DNA from: Salpingoeca rosetta
Taxonomy: Eukaryota > Protista > Choanoflagellata
Assembly (NCBI GenBank): GCA_033442325.1
Contig: JAWQFM010000015.1
Location: forward strand, 1,137,614-1,201,613
Length of the DNA: 64,000 bases
Reading direction: 5' to 3'
This document shows positions 1 to 25,500 of this stretch, piece by piece; position 1 is the first letter of the stretch; each line of letters begins with the position of its first letter. A program made the translations under genes and the position numbers. Below the pieces are notes generated by a model. The model ran no database searches and was not told the DNA's origin. It saw nothing but the letters and a program-made list of their open reading frames with translations.

Positions 1-3000
1 ATCCTCGTTGTCGCGGTGCCACACCTGCACAGTAACGTACACGGTCATGTTGCGCGGCAGCCCATCCGGTACAGCGCAGGTGATGGTGTCGCCATCGCTG
101 CTCACCGCAGCCTCCGCATAGCACCCGTGCCACGTGCACGACAGCGCGCCAGTGGTCGAATCCTCCACCCAGAACCCGCACGTTGCCCGCGCATGCACGC
201 CATACGATGGATCAATGGCCACAGACACATCAACCGTCTCCGCATCCTCCGCCAACCCGCATGCAGGCTCGACTTCAAACACCCGCGGCACATACTGCGG
301 CCGGCACTCCGGCGCAGGGCACCGAATCTCAAGCACCGCGTAGTCGTACGCCTTCCACTTGGATGGCGACTGGCCCTCGTGCGAGAAGCACTGGTTGTCC
401 TGCTTGTCCTCGTTGTTGGCGTGCCACACCTGCACGGTGATGCGCACAGGCCCGCTCGCCGGCATGCCGTTTGGCACCTCGCAGGTGATGACGTTCCTGT
501 CCACGTCCACCGTCGCCGGCGCATAGCACCCGTGCCACGTGCACTGCCACGAGGAGCCGTCGCTCGTCGGCCGCCAGAACGCGCACGTCGCCCGCGCATC
601 ATCACCATACGTTGGGTCAATCCACACGCCAACCTCAACCGTGCTTGCATCCGCGTCCAGCCCACACCCGGGGTTCACCCGGTACACGCGCGGAACCGTG
701 TCGTGCGCGCACACGGGCGCAGGGCAGTTGACAAGAAACACCCCGGAATCATACTCGCTCCAGTGGTACGATGACTGGCCCTCGTGCGAGAAGCACTGGT
801 TGTCCTGCTTGTTGGCGTTGTCCTTGTGCCACACCTGCACCGTTACCCGAACAGGCTCGTTGAGCGGCAGCCCCTCGGGCAGCGTGCACATGATGGTGTC
901 GCCAGCCGCATTCACCGTCGCTGCTGCGTAGCACCCATGCCACGTGCACGACACCCTGTTGTTCGTGTCTGGCAGCCAGAACGCACACGTTGCCCGTGCA
1001 TCTGCGCCGTATGTCGGGTCGATTGCAACAGACACGTTCACCGTCTGCGCGCCTTCCTCCAGCCCGCACGCAGGCTCAATGCCGTACACGCGCGGCACAT
1101 ACGCATCCGTGCACTCTGGACCAGGGCAGTTGACCGAGAACACGCCAAAGTCAAAGCCGCCCCACGAGTACGACGACTGGCCCTCGTGCGAGAAGCACTC
1201 GTTGCGCTGCTTGTTGGCAGTGTTGTCCTTGTGCCACACCTGCACCGTCACGTGCACCTCCTCGTTCGGTGGCAGGCCATCTGGCAGCGTGCATGTGATC
1301 ACCGTGCCGGCCGCGTTGACGCTGGCCGCTGCGTAGCACCCATGCCACGTGCACGACAGGCGTCCAGTAGCATCAGGCAGCCAGAAGGCGCACGTTGCCC
1401 GCGCGTCATCGCCGTATGTCGGGTCAATGGCAACAGAGACGTCGATGGTGGTGGCGTCCTGTGCCAGGTCGCACTCGGGATCAATGCCGTACACGCGCGG
1501 CACGTACTCGTCTGTGCACTGCGGAACAGGGCACTTGGCCGTGAACTTGCCATAGTCGTAGTCGCTCCACAGGTACGACGACTGGCCCTCGTGCGAGAAG
1601 CACTGGTTGCGCTGCTTGTCTGCGTTGTCCTTGTGCCACACCTGCACCGTCACGAAGATGGACACGTCCTCGGGCACGCTTGGCGGCAGCGTGCACATGA
1701 TCGTGTCGCCTGCGGCGTCGACTGTTGCCGCTGCATAGCACCCGTGCCACGTGCACGACAGGCGACCATCGGCATTGCGAATCCAGAAGGCGCACGTTGC
1801 CCGCGCGTCCTCCCCGTATGTCGGGTCAATCGACACAGACACGTTCACCGTGCTCGGATCGCCAAATGCCACACTCAGGCGACACGTCAAAGATGCGAGG
1901 CACGCTCTCGGCCGTGCAAGCAAATCCGGGGGGAGCACATGATGTTTTCTTCGTGAGCAACGCTGAGTTTGAGGATGAACAGAACGGGGAGACGAGGTTC
2001 TGGGCGATGGACGGGTACAGTGTTACACGCAGCTTGACCTCGGCGCCATCGGCAAGAATGTCCCACACGTCAGGCAGCTCGCACGTCACGCTCACAAAGC
2101 CGTCACGGCTGGAAGGCGCCACCCATCCAAGCGTCATGCATCCGCTGAGTCCACACACGCCGTCTGTGTCATAGAAATGGCAGTACGCGCGCAGCACGCG
2201 GTCAGTTGCCTCCCACTGGCTGCCCACATTCACCGTCACCGTGTCCGTGCTCTCCACGCACTGTTGCTTCTCAAAGATGAACGGCTGCTCCGCCGGTGAG
2301 CACTCGTCGTGGCAGTCAAGCAGGCAGCTTGCCGCAGATACAAGAGCACTTTGAGCGAATGTGTATCCGGCCACGTAAGATGAACAGCTTGCATAGCATG
2401 TGCTGTCGCACTGGCCGTTCCCGTTGGCGTGAGCGTTATACACGCAGTCAAGGGCCTGCTTGCATGCATCATTGCTGTTGCACTCCTGAATCTGAGCNNN
2501 NNNNNNNNNNNNNNNNNNNNNNNNNNNNNNNNNNNNNNNNNNNNNNNNNNNNNNNNNNNNNNNNNNNNNNNNNNNNNNNNNNNNNNNNNNNNNNNNNTTG
2601 GGGGATGTCGCAACTCTTGAATCCCACTGTGCTAAACGTAATCGCATTACCCTGGCGCGACTTAACGGGGAACACTCGATCTAATATTTTCCAACCACCC
2701 AATCAAAAGAGAAATGAAGACCTCCCCACATCATTCTTCCCCGAACGAGGAACTCGGGTCTCTAGTACACCGTCGTCCGTGATGCTTCACAGCATGTGCC
2801 ACTCGCACATTTCCGGGCTGTCGCACAGGGAGAATCGCTGATGGCCGTGCAGCTGCACAGGTGGCAGTGGCCGTTCACTCCCACGCACACCCGTCCTCAG
2901 CCTCTCACAGTTCCTTGTGCGTGCCATAGCACTTTCCGTTGGTTGTTGCGCAGTGCTCCGATGGGCGGCACCCGGCCGCGTCGCTGCACGCCTCCAGGTC

Positions 3001-5127
3001 GCCCTCAAACACCCCGCAGTACCCGCCATCGTCGTTGCTGTTGCTTCCGCACACGTCCGACCACGCGCACCCGGCGCTCATGCACCCGGCGCTCATGCAG
3101 GCATCGCTCATCTGCAAATGCCCAGCAGCAACAACCAACGACAACACACAGGGCAGGGCAGAGGCAAGCGCCATTGTCAGCAGCATCACCAACAAAAACC
3201 ACACCCATTGACAAAGCAACACATGTCTCCGTTTCCCCGTCACACCACACTGCTCCCTCCCTCCCCACCCCAAACCAACACACATGCACCAAAGAGCACC
3301 ATCACAGGCACCATCACAGGCACCAAAGAGCACCACTGCGTACCGTGAATTGGTGGCAGTCGTGCACGCCAATGTAGCACCGCTTGTTGACAGAGCTCCA
3401 CAGGCACACGTCCGTGGCCCGGCACTCGTCCTGTGCCAGCGGCGCACACCGGTCCCTGTCCGCCGTCGGCTGGCACGCTTGCTCAATCATGCACTTGTCG
3501 TCCTGTTCGCACTGCCCAGCCGTCAGCTGCCGGCACTCGTTTGTGTCGTAGCACCCTGTCTCGCACTCAACGACAGCCGCAAACTGCTTCTCCTCCTCAG
3601 CCGTCATCGTCGCTGTGCTGCGGCACTCCTTGATGCAGCTGTCTGCGCCGTTGTCGCACTCGCCCCGGCGCGCCTTGGCCAGCACGCACTGGAACGTCAC
3701 GTTGCATCCGCCCGTGCAAAGGGAGATGACGTCCTTGCACACGTACTTCTCGCAGATTGAGGAACCGGGGCTCTGGCCGCCGTCGTCCGCGCTGCTGCAG
3801 TGCATGTGCCACTCGCACGAGTCCTGGCTGTCGCACTTGGTGGCGTCGCTGATGGCCGTGCAGCTGCGCAGGTGGCAGTGGCCGTTCACGTCCCACGCAC
3901 ACCCGTCCTCAGCCTCGCACAGGTCCTTGTCCGTGCCAGTGCACTTTCCGTTGGTTGTTGCGCAGTGCTCCGATGGGCGGCACCCGGCCGCGTCGCTGCA
4001 CGCCTCCAGGTCGCCCTCAAACACCCCGCAGTACCCGCCATCGTCGTTGCTGTTGCTTCCGCACACGTCCGACCACGCGCACCCGGCGCTCATGCAGGCA
4101 TCGCTCATCTGCAAATGCCCAGCAGCAACAACCAACGACAACACAACAACCAACGACAACACACAGGGCAGGGCAGAGGCAAGCGCCATTGTCAGCAGCA
4201 TCACCAACAAAAACCACACCCATTGACAAAGCAACACATGTCTCCGTTTCCCCGTCACACCACACTGCTCCCTCCCTCCCCACCCCAAACCAACACAACA
4301 CACATGCACCAAAGAGCACCACTGCGTACCGTGAATTGGTGGCAGTCGTGCACGCCAATGTAGCACCGCTTGTTGACAGAGCTCCACAGGCACACGTCCG
4401 TGGCCCGGCACTCGTCCTGTGCCAGCGGCGCACACCGGTCCCTGTCCGCCGTCGGCTGGCACGCTTGCTCAATCATGCACTTGTCGTCCTGTTCGCACTG
4501 CCCAGCCGTCAGCTGCCGGCACTCGTTTGTGTCGTAGCACCCTGTCTCGCACTCAACGACAGCCGCAAACTGCTTCTCCTCCTCAGCCGTCATCGTCGCT
4601 GTGCTGCGGCACTCCTTGATGCAGCTGTCTGCGCCGTTGTCGCACTCGCCCCGGCGCGCCTTGGCCAGCACGCACTGGAACGTCACGTTGCATCCGCCCG
4701 TGCAAAGGGAGATGACGTCCTTGCACACGTACTTCTCGCAGATTGAGGAACCGGGGCTCTGGCCGCCGTCGTCCGCGCTGCTGCAGTGCATGTGCCACTC
4801 GCACGAGTCCTGGCTGTCGCACTTGGTGGCGTCGCTGATGGCCGTGCAGCTGCGCAGGTGGCAGTGGCCGTTCACGTCCCACGCACACCCGTCCTCAGCC
4901 TCGCACAGGTCCTTGTCCGTGCCAGTGCACTTTCCGTTGGTTGTTGCGCAGTGCTCCGATGGGCGGCACCCGGCCGCGTCGCTGCACGCCTCCAGGTCGC
5001 CCTCAAACACGCTACAGTCAGCATCCACTGCCGTTCCAGCCGTTATGGAAAGGACGAGCACGGTCAGTGACACGGCGGACACCGTCAGTGCCCAGCACCG
5101 TGATGTGGTATCCGTGATACTTGTCAT
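1..5127 (-). CDS. Large secreted Cys-rich protein, 5' part (paralog of 22559-32300): signal peptide, tandem Cys-rich exons, IPT/TIG-like repeats; spans a gap and runs off the window edge
   Basis: ATG at 5127 starts MTSITDTTSRCWALTVSAVSLTVLVLSITAGTAVDADC (hydrophobic signal). Exons 5127-4330 and 4108-3344, and a third exon starting at 3111, have phase-0 GT..AG boundaries. Bases 1-2497 are nearly identical to 26687-29170 (offset ~26685) and encode VPRV..I.P.CG/CTWHGCY/VQVWH/NQCFSHEGQS repeats. Joining the two sides of the 2498-2597 gap is inferred from colinearity with the paralog. Confidence 0.75.
2498..2597. other. Assembly gap (N run)
   Basis: 100 Ns. Flanking sequence 2598-2800 is a noisy copy of the repeat unit, typical of a low-quality read end. 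Confidence 0.98.
2598..5010. repeat. Tandem duplication of a ~986-bp exon+intron unit (two near-identical copies plus one degraded partial copy)
   Basis: Paired ORFs 3433/4419, 3597/4583, 3615/4601 and 3800/4786 are offset by exactly 986 bp and identical over their shared lengths. The third copy (2598-3340) decays toward the gap. Confidence 0.9.
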
Positions 5128-6193
5128 GGCGAACGAAGAGCTCTTCGCCGACGCTCGCTTCTGCTTCTCCTTGATGGAGTTTTGGGTCTTTGCTTTTTGT
5201 TCGAGAGAAGCAAGGTCTTGGGTGTGGTTTGCTTGCTGCTTTACTTGCCTTGCCAGAGCTTGACACACTGCTGGTGCGGCGTGTTGTTGTTGAGTGTGAT
5301 GTTGTGAAAATGACAACCCTCTCAACTCCCGCGTCTCACATCCCTCACGGCTCCAGCCAGCAGCCAACTAAACTTTAGCTTGTCCATGGTTTCGACCTTG
5401 TTGTTGGCGTGTGTCTTTCTTCTGCTTCTTTGTTTGTTTTGCTTCGTTTCGCTCTTGCATGTGTTGTTGGTTTCGGCGGGCTTCCATTCGGTCTTCGGTG
5501 GGCGGTGCCCTTTGTTGTCAGTGTAGCTTTCGTTTTGCACGAGGGATGCAGCGTGTGTCTTGTTGTGTCTTGGGTCAGGTGAGAGTCGTCCGTCGTCATG
5601 CACCCACCTCGATTCCCACCACTGGCGCTGTTCGTGGCTTTCTGCGTCTTTAGGTGCTTTGCTGGGCTTCTTGTGGCTTCACGGTTGGTGGGTCGTCATG
5701 GCTGAGCCTGTTTTCCCATGCCCTCTGCGCTGTGCCCCGTTTGTTGTCGCCACCAACCACTTCCAAAACGCGCGAATTCGATCCGGGCAATTCAAACGCC
5801 CCTTTGACATTTTCATGTTTCACGTCTAAACATGAATAACGTTTGGGCGACAGGCGACAGGTGAAAATATCGCCTGACAGTTGCGAGGCTCGTTTTTTGT
5901 TTTGTGTGTGTGTGTGCAAACAGCGCGTTTGGGGTTGTTTGAGTTGCCAACCAACGACAGTGCTTGGCTCGTCGATCACGCAGCACCACATTTGACAACA
6001 ACCTCCTGCTGCACCACCACCCCTTCTTGTCTTGACGAGCGCCTGTGAAGGGAGAAGGACAAGAATAAGAAGAAGAAGAGCACTTGATTGACACGTTGCA
6101 GACCAATTTGCTGTGTGCACGCACTCATCCCCTTCTACACGGTTTTGGCAGCCCACGCATCCTCCGCCCCAATCAACCACAACACCACCGGCA

Positions 6194-19360
<13,167 letters not shown>

Positions 19361-20043
19361 TGAGCCACCGACCGACTTGTGTGGTAGCAACGACTGACGA
19401 CGAATCAGCAAGAAGGCGTCGTGCTGACGCATGGAGCCCAGGCCATGCATTCATGTTTGTGTTTGGCCTTGGACCGGTGCTTGCTTGCTTGCTGAGACGT
19501 TGATTCTGACATTACACAGCATCCACCCGTGAAATCGCACACGACTACCCAAGTGTGAACCACCACTGTTGAAGTGCTCGCACACACATACACACATACA
19601 CACACGCACGCACGCACGCGCACACCATCACACACACACACGTACGCGCGCTGGTCGCATGTTCAATTCACAAAGGAGTGTACTCTTGGCTGACGTTCTT
19701 GTCGTACACAAGCGACACATTAGGAATAAGACACACAGCAAGCAATGCAAGCAGCTACACACATTTGCACGAACACATTCAGTCATTCGCACGCAAAGTA
19801 AGGCGGGAAATGAGTGTACACAGGTGCAAGGCAAGAAAGGGGAGCAATAACTGACACGAGGGGCATGACATGATAACCCTGCCCTGCTCCTGGGATGTTG
19901 GAACAGGTGAGTGATTCTTCGTGTGCATCGAGAAGCCGCGAGTGGTTCCTGACCACAAACTGGGCGTTGGCTAATCGGACACGCGCGTGCAACTTGGGAG
20001 ACGGAAGGGCGTGGAGGCGGGTGCAGAGCGTGGCGGTCCCCGC

Positions 20044-21027
20044 CTAGATTTGCTGCACGTCAGCATCAGACTGGCGCTGCTGCTTGCGGCGGAGCAACAC
20101 CACGGCGACGACGACGAGGGCGAGGAGGATGAGCGCACCAACAACGCCGCCAGCGATGGCACCGGCGTTGCTGCCCGTGGACCGGTCTGTGTTGTCGGGC
20201 GCGCTTGTGGCGTCTGGTGGTGGTGTCGCGTTGCCGACGTTGCCATCGTCGCCATTGTCGTCATTGTCGTCCGACGGCCCGCTGTTTCCAACCGCGACTG
20301 GATCTGCTGTGGAGGAGGGCATGGCGGTTGTCGTCGTACTATCGGTCACGTTGGAGTCCTCGCAAGATGGCATCCAGAAGCATACCAAGCTCGCGCCGCA
20401 GTCTGTTCTCTGTTGGCGTTTGTGTGTTGAGGACAAGGAGCAGGAGGGAAACGGGCGTTAAAGCGTGAATGAGAAAGTAAAGGATGGTGTGTGCACTTGC
20501 ATCCACACACACACACACGTACATACACTCACGTACATACACACACACTCACCTACATACAAACACACACTCACACACACACACACACCTACATACACAC
20601 ACACTCACCTACACATACACACACTCACCTACATACATACACAGGTTCACACACAGACTCTCTCACAGCATATATAGCACAGCAGGCACAACACGCACAC
20701 GCATGTACATCAAGTCACATCACACGGTGTGCTTACGTTGAGGGAGAGGCAGGAGCTGTTCTTGACGGAGCAGCCAGAGTCTGCATCCCATTGGCAGCTT
20801 GAGTCGAGTTCGCACAGCAACTGCGTCGGCAGGACACACAGCGTCAACAGCGGCTGGCATGTGCCGTTCACGGTGCAGTTCCCATCGGCCATGCAAGCGT
20901 CTTCGTCGATGCCATGATCGCTGCAGTTCTGCGCCATAACCGTGGGGATGGTGACGCCCGCCGACAGGAAGACGAGGCAGGTGGCGGCGATGAACATGTG
21001 CATCGCCCAATGCGAGCTTCGTGCCAT
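20044..21027 (-). CDS. Small type I membrane protein (~218 aa): signal peptide, one Cys-rich module, Ser/Thr/Asp stalk, TM helix, short tail
   Basis: Exon 21027-20737 (MARSSHWAMHMFIAATCLVFLSAG..CQWDADSGC..CLSLN|GTAAGC) and exon 20409-20044 (CAG|RTDCGASLVCFW..GAIAGGVVGALILLALVVVAVVLLRRK..*). The intron is phase 0 and CA-rich. Confidence 0.85.
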
Positions 21028-21086
21028 CGTGCACAAGTGTATGTATGTATGTATGGATGGATGTATGTATGTATGTATGTACGCGT

Positions 21087-21130
<44 letters not shown>

Positions 21131-22330
21131 CTGTGTGTGTCTGCGTGAGCTCTGAGGAGGAGGTGGTGGAGAGATGGAGGACGACGCAGGGCTTGCGCTG
21201 ATCAGCACGCCGAGCAGAGAATGAAAAGGGGGCAGGCGAAGGAGTTGAGGCGACGGTGAAAATGGAGTGTGACAGCGGAGAGCCAAGGAGAAATGAACAC
21301 CGTACTCAGTTCACATGGGTGTCACACACTTGTTGGTGTTGGCTTCGCCGCTCTGTTGCTGGTGGCTGGCAGACTGCCAGACTGGCGCATGGCATGTCAG
21401 CCTTGGTTGCTGCGCACATTGCTGTGCAGGGAATACATGCACGAACACCTGTTCCGCCCCCGCTCGTGGGGGTTTCGCAGGCATGGGGAGTGCGTGCGTG
21501 AGTGCGGTTCGTGCCATCCAGCATGCAAAGGTTGCTGCCGTCGTGCGTGCCTCTCTCACACACACAAAGTCAGCCAAAACCAGCCAGGTGGGGTGAGCGC
21601 CTTGTCTTGCTGTGGATTGTGTGCGTGCAACCTCGAGCAAGCAGTCGTCGAAGGTCTGAAGGTGGTTGCAAAGGAGGCCGCATGAAAGGAAGCACAAAGA
21701 AGCAAACGGAAGGGCTGTCTTAAAACGTGGTGCGCACGCACATCTCACCCACGACGCAGCATGCACGCGCGTGAAAACTCCGTGTGAGAGAACATGCACC
21801 GCGCGCAAGCAAGGTTGCTGCTGCAGTCCTTTGACATTGGTTGTGTCACAGCAGTCATCGTTGTTGTTTTGTGGTGGTTTCTTTTTGTTTTTCTTTCTTT
21901 CTTTTTGTTGTTGGTGGTGGTTGTTGGCAAGAAGGAGTGAGCAATATGGTGGCGAACAACAAACAGAAGACACGTTCCACGCTGCGTCGCACGCAATGGG
22001 CAAGGCTTGCTCGTGACAACGGCGTGGGGCGCTTGGGTTGGCGTGCGTTTAATGCAGGTGTCCGGAGCAATGCGAACGTCGTCGGTAAGGAGCAAAAGCA
22101 CACGAGAAAGACGAGGAAGGAAAAAAAAACGGGACGCGGACAGGGAACGCACGCAGATTAAACGCACATCACAAACACACATGGAACGTGCTTTGCACGC
22201 ATCAAAGCAAACATGTTCAACACGAAACAACGGACACTGAGCGGTTTTGTGGTGCACCGCACACATGCAACTGAGTAGGAGAAACCGACAGCAACATAGC
22301 AGACACAACAACAAAAAGTCAATGCTACCG

Positions 22331-22419
<89 letters not shown>

Positions 22420-22558
22420 GACTATCATCAGTGGGAGTAGGAACAAGAAGCATGGAATGCAACAACCACTGACATACACATAGAAACTCGCACACACACA
22501 TACACACATAAATGCACAAAGACACACAATACACACACAAAGACACAAATGTCTCTCT

Positions 22559-25500
22559 TTAGGCAGTGGAAACAACGGCATATGACTGCTCGCGCTTCTT
22601 CTTCTCAGCACGCTGATGAAGGGCAATGGCCACCAAAAGGACGGTGACACCAATCGCCGCTAGAATACCAGCAATCGCGCCGCCGCCAAGACCAGTCGAG
22701 TCATCAGAGCCGCCCTGCCTTCCGTCATCCGTCGTCGAAACAGGTGGCTCATTCGTCGGCCCGCCGTTGTTGCCTCCAGGTGGAAGCGTGCTCGAGCTTG
22801 GCGGCTCCGTCGCCTGTGGGTTCACAACAGCAAGACCGCCAAGCAGCGCGAGATCCTCGTCGCTCGCAGAGCCCGTCTGAGACGCCATCTGCTCCGCCAG
22901 CGTGCCTTGCGTAAACGAGTCCTCAATCGCCTGACTCGTCATGTTGGCGTCCGTTGTCATCACACCAACATCCAGCGAAATGTCACCCTCTGCACGGCGG
23001 CCGCGGCCCACCTCCACCGACGCAGACGTCACGCTGCGCACGCTCACGTTGGCAGGAAGCAGGTTCACAACACCGGCAGCCAGGCTCACGGCCTCCGCAA
23101 GCTGGTTCGCGTCCAGGCGGCGGCTCAACGACGCAGTCACCATGATGGAGAAGCGAACCTCAACAACAATGGATACATCAACCTCAACGGTAAAGGTGGA
23201 GGAACAATCGAGCTTGCACGCCAGGTAGTTGTCCCAGCACCGCGTCACAGGCCCAGCACCGGCACGCAGGCAGAGGCGCAGATCGTTATTGCAGCACGCA
23301 AGACAGGACTCGCGACCAGCGGTGCACACAAGCTGCGATGATTCGCAGCTGCACTTGCGCGTCTCCGTGTTCCAGAAGCACCGGTTGTCCGTGTCACGGT
23401 ACGCCCTCGACAAACACGACGTCTGCTGGTTGCACAGGCTCTGCCTAAACTCATCACTGCCCTTGAATGAATTAACATCCTCACACGTTTCAGGTGGCGG
23501 CTGGCACTCGCCAGGGTACACGACCTTGACGTTGGCGCAGCGGGCGTGGCACACAGAGGGATATGTGGTGCCGTCCTCGCCACACGCCTCCATCGCGCCG
23601 TACTCGGGGCACCGCTCCTCGCACGACACACACACACCGCCATAAGCAACCTCAACCCCGGCCGAGCGTGCATAGCACACGTTGTCGTACGTCTGCCCAT
23701 CAACGCCGCACACAAATGACTCCCCATACGACACGCACGGGTCCGGCTCAACCTCGCACTCCACGCTCTCGCCCGTCGTCGCATTCACCCACACCGCGTT
23801 GCACCCGTAGCACGGGTTGAACTCGCACACCGCATCCGGGTGCGCCTCGCACGTCGCCTGCGCACACGGGTTGTAGTCGCACGTGTACGCGCTCGCACAC
23901 GGGCGGTGACACTGCGCACGCGTGCCATCGCCAACGTAAAACTCGGCCCGGCACCCACCGCACGTGTTCGCCCGGCACGTGGCCGTCGGATCGCCAGGGC
24001 ACGTCGCGTCCTCGCACGGATCCCGCAGGCACGCATACGCAACCACGCCAGGTGGGCACTGGTAGCTGTCGCCAGGCACATCGTCCGATGGCCTGGGCAC
24101 ATACTCCCCAGCATCAAAGCACAGGTCCTGCAGCGCATACGACTGTGGCCGCCGCGCGTACTCGTTCCGGTACGTCTGTCCAGACTTAGCGTCATATGTG
24201 GCCTGGACTTTCAACTCATATGCATCGATCACGGCCTGGTACTCATCGCCACGTCGCATCCAGTTGATGTTCCTCCACCATGTTGGCAGCGGCTGCAGTG
24301 GCCGGCAGGTGCGGGTGGGCGGTTGATACGTCCTGTTCTGGATGCGCTCATACACTCCACGCTGCACGCGGTACACATCACGCATGTACAGCGGCGCGCC
24401 AGAGCCCGTTCCGCACCCGCGCTCGTCCAGCCCGTTCTCATCAAACCCATACGCATCGTACCCGCGCACGTCAAAGCCATACCGGTCAGAGCCGTACATG
24501 TTGTTCGCGTCCACAGGCACGTCCACATACTCGCCGTCAGCGCCACGCCCGTACCGGTCGCGCCCATACACGTCGCGGCCGTTGCTGTCGTAGCCGTCGC
24601 GGTTGTATTGCGGCCGCGTCGTGTTCACGTAGTAGCCCTCCGTCCCAGGCGTGCCGCCATACGCCGTCTCGTTGCATGGCGGGCTCTGTCCGGGCGCAGC
24701 ATACACCACGCACAGCTGGGCCTCGCTGTCAAGCACCTCCGCGGCAGTCTTGGCAAACGGATCAAGCGTCATGTGCAGCATGGATGCAGGATACTGGTTG
24801 CCGTTGCCAAGCGTCACCTGCCAGTCGTACCACAGCTTGTCCACAAACGCGTGGTGCAGGAAGAACAGCGGGTCATACGGCGAAGAATACGTCGCCATTG
24901 TGCCGCCCACAAACACATGCACGTCGCCGTGGCGCGCCTCAATCTCAGCTACAACCGTCGAGTAGTCTGTGCCCGCGAGAATGCCGGCAATTTCCGCAAA
25001 CGACGGCATCGCCCAGCCCAGCGCCCAGTTGCGCTCAATGCACGGCGAAAACCCGGCAAAGGGGCCGTCCGTCACACACTGGTCCACGCCGTTGCCATTG
25101 CCGCCAACAACGTTCCACACGGGCGACGTCTCCGGCGACAGCGCATCAATCGTCCAGTCCCAGTACGGGATGGTCACGTTGCAGTTACCGCTCACCTCCC
25201 GCAGCGTCAGCTCAAGCTGCTTCAAAAACTCGCGGTGCCACGGCCAGAACGCAGGGTTGCCGTGCGCCTGCGGCACAGCACCAAGGTGCGTGTTGGCAAA
25301 CGCCGACCACATGTTGCTCTGCTCCAGCAGCACAACGGCGTCCGTGAACGCCTGCACTTCTTCAACCGTCATGTCGCGGATCTCCCGCCGCGTCGTCACA
25401 GCGCTGCACTCGCACGACACGCTGCCGTCGGTTGCACAGAAGCACGTCTGGCACCCAAACGTAAACGTCTCTCCAAAGTCGTACCGCTGCCCGCCATACA

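Noticed and set aside
1855-1985. Frameshifts in the left paralog
   Set aside because: Same pattern of a local error cluster; the right-hand copy (28540-28670) is intact here.
2598-2790. Apparently unique AT-richer sequence after the gap
   Set aside because: It aligns loosely with the 986-bp repeat unit and is a degraded read end, not a separate element.
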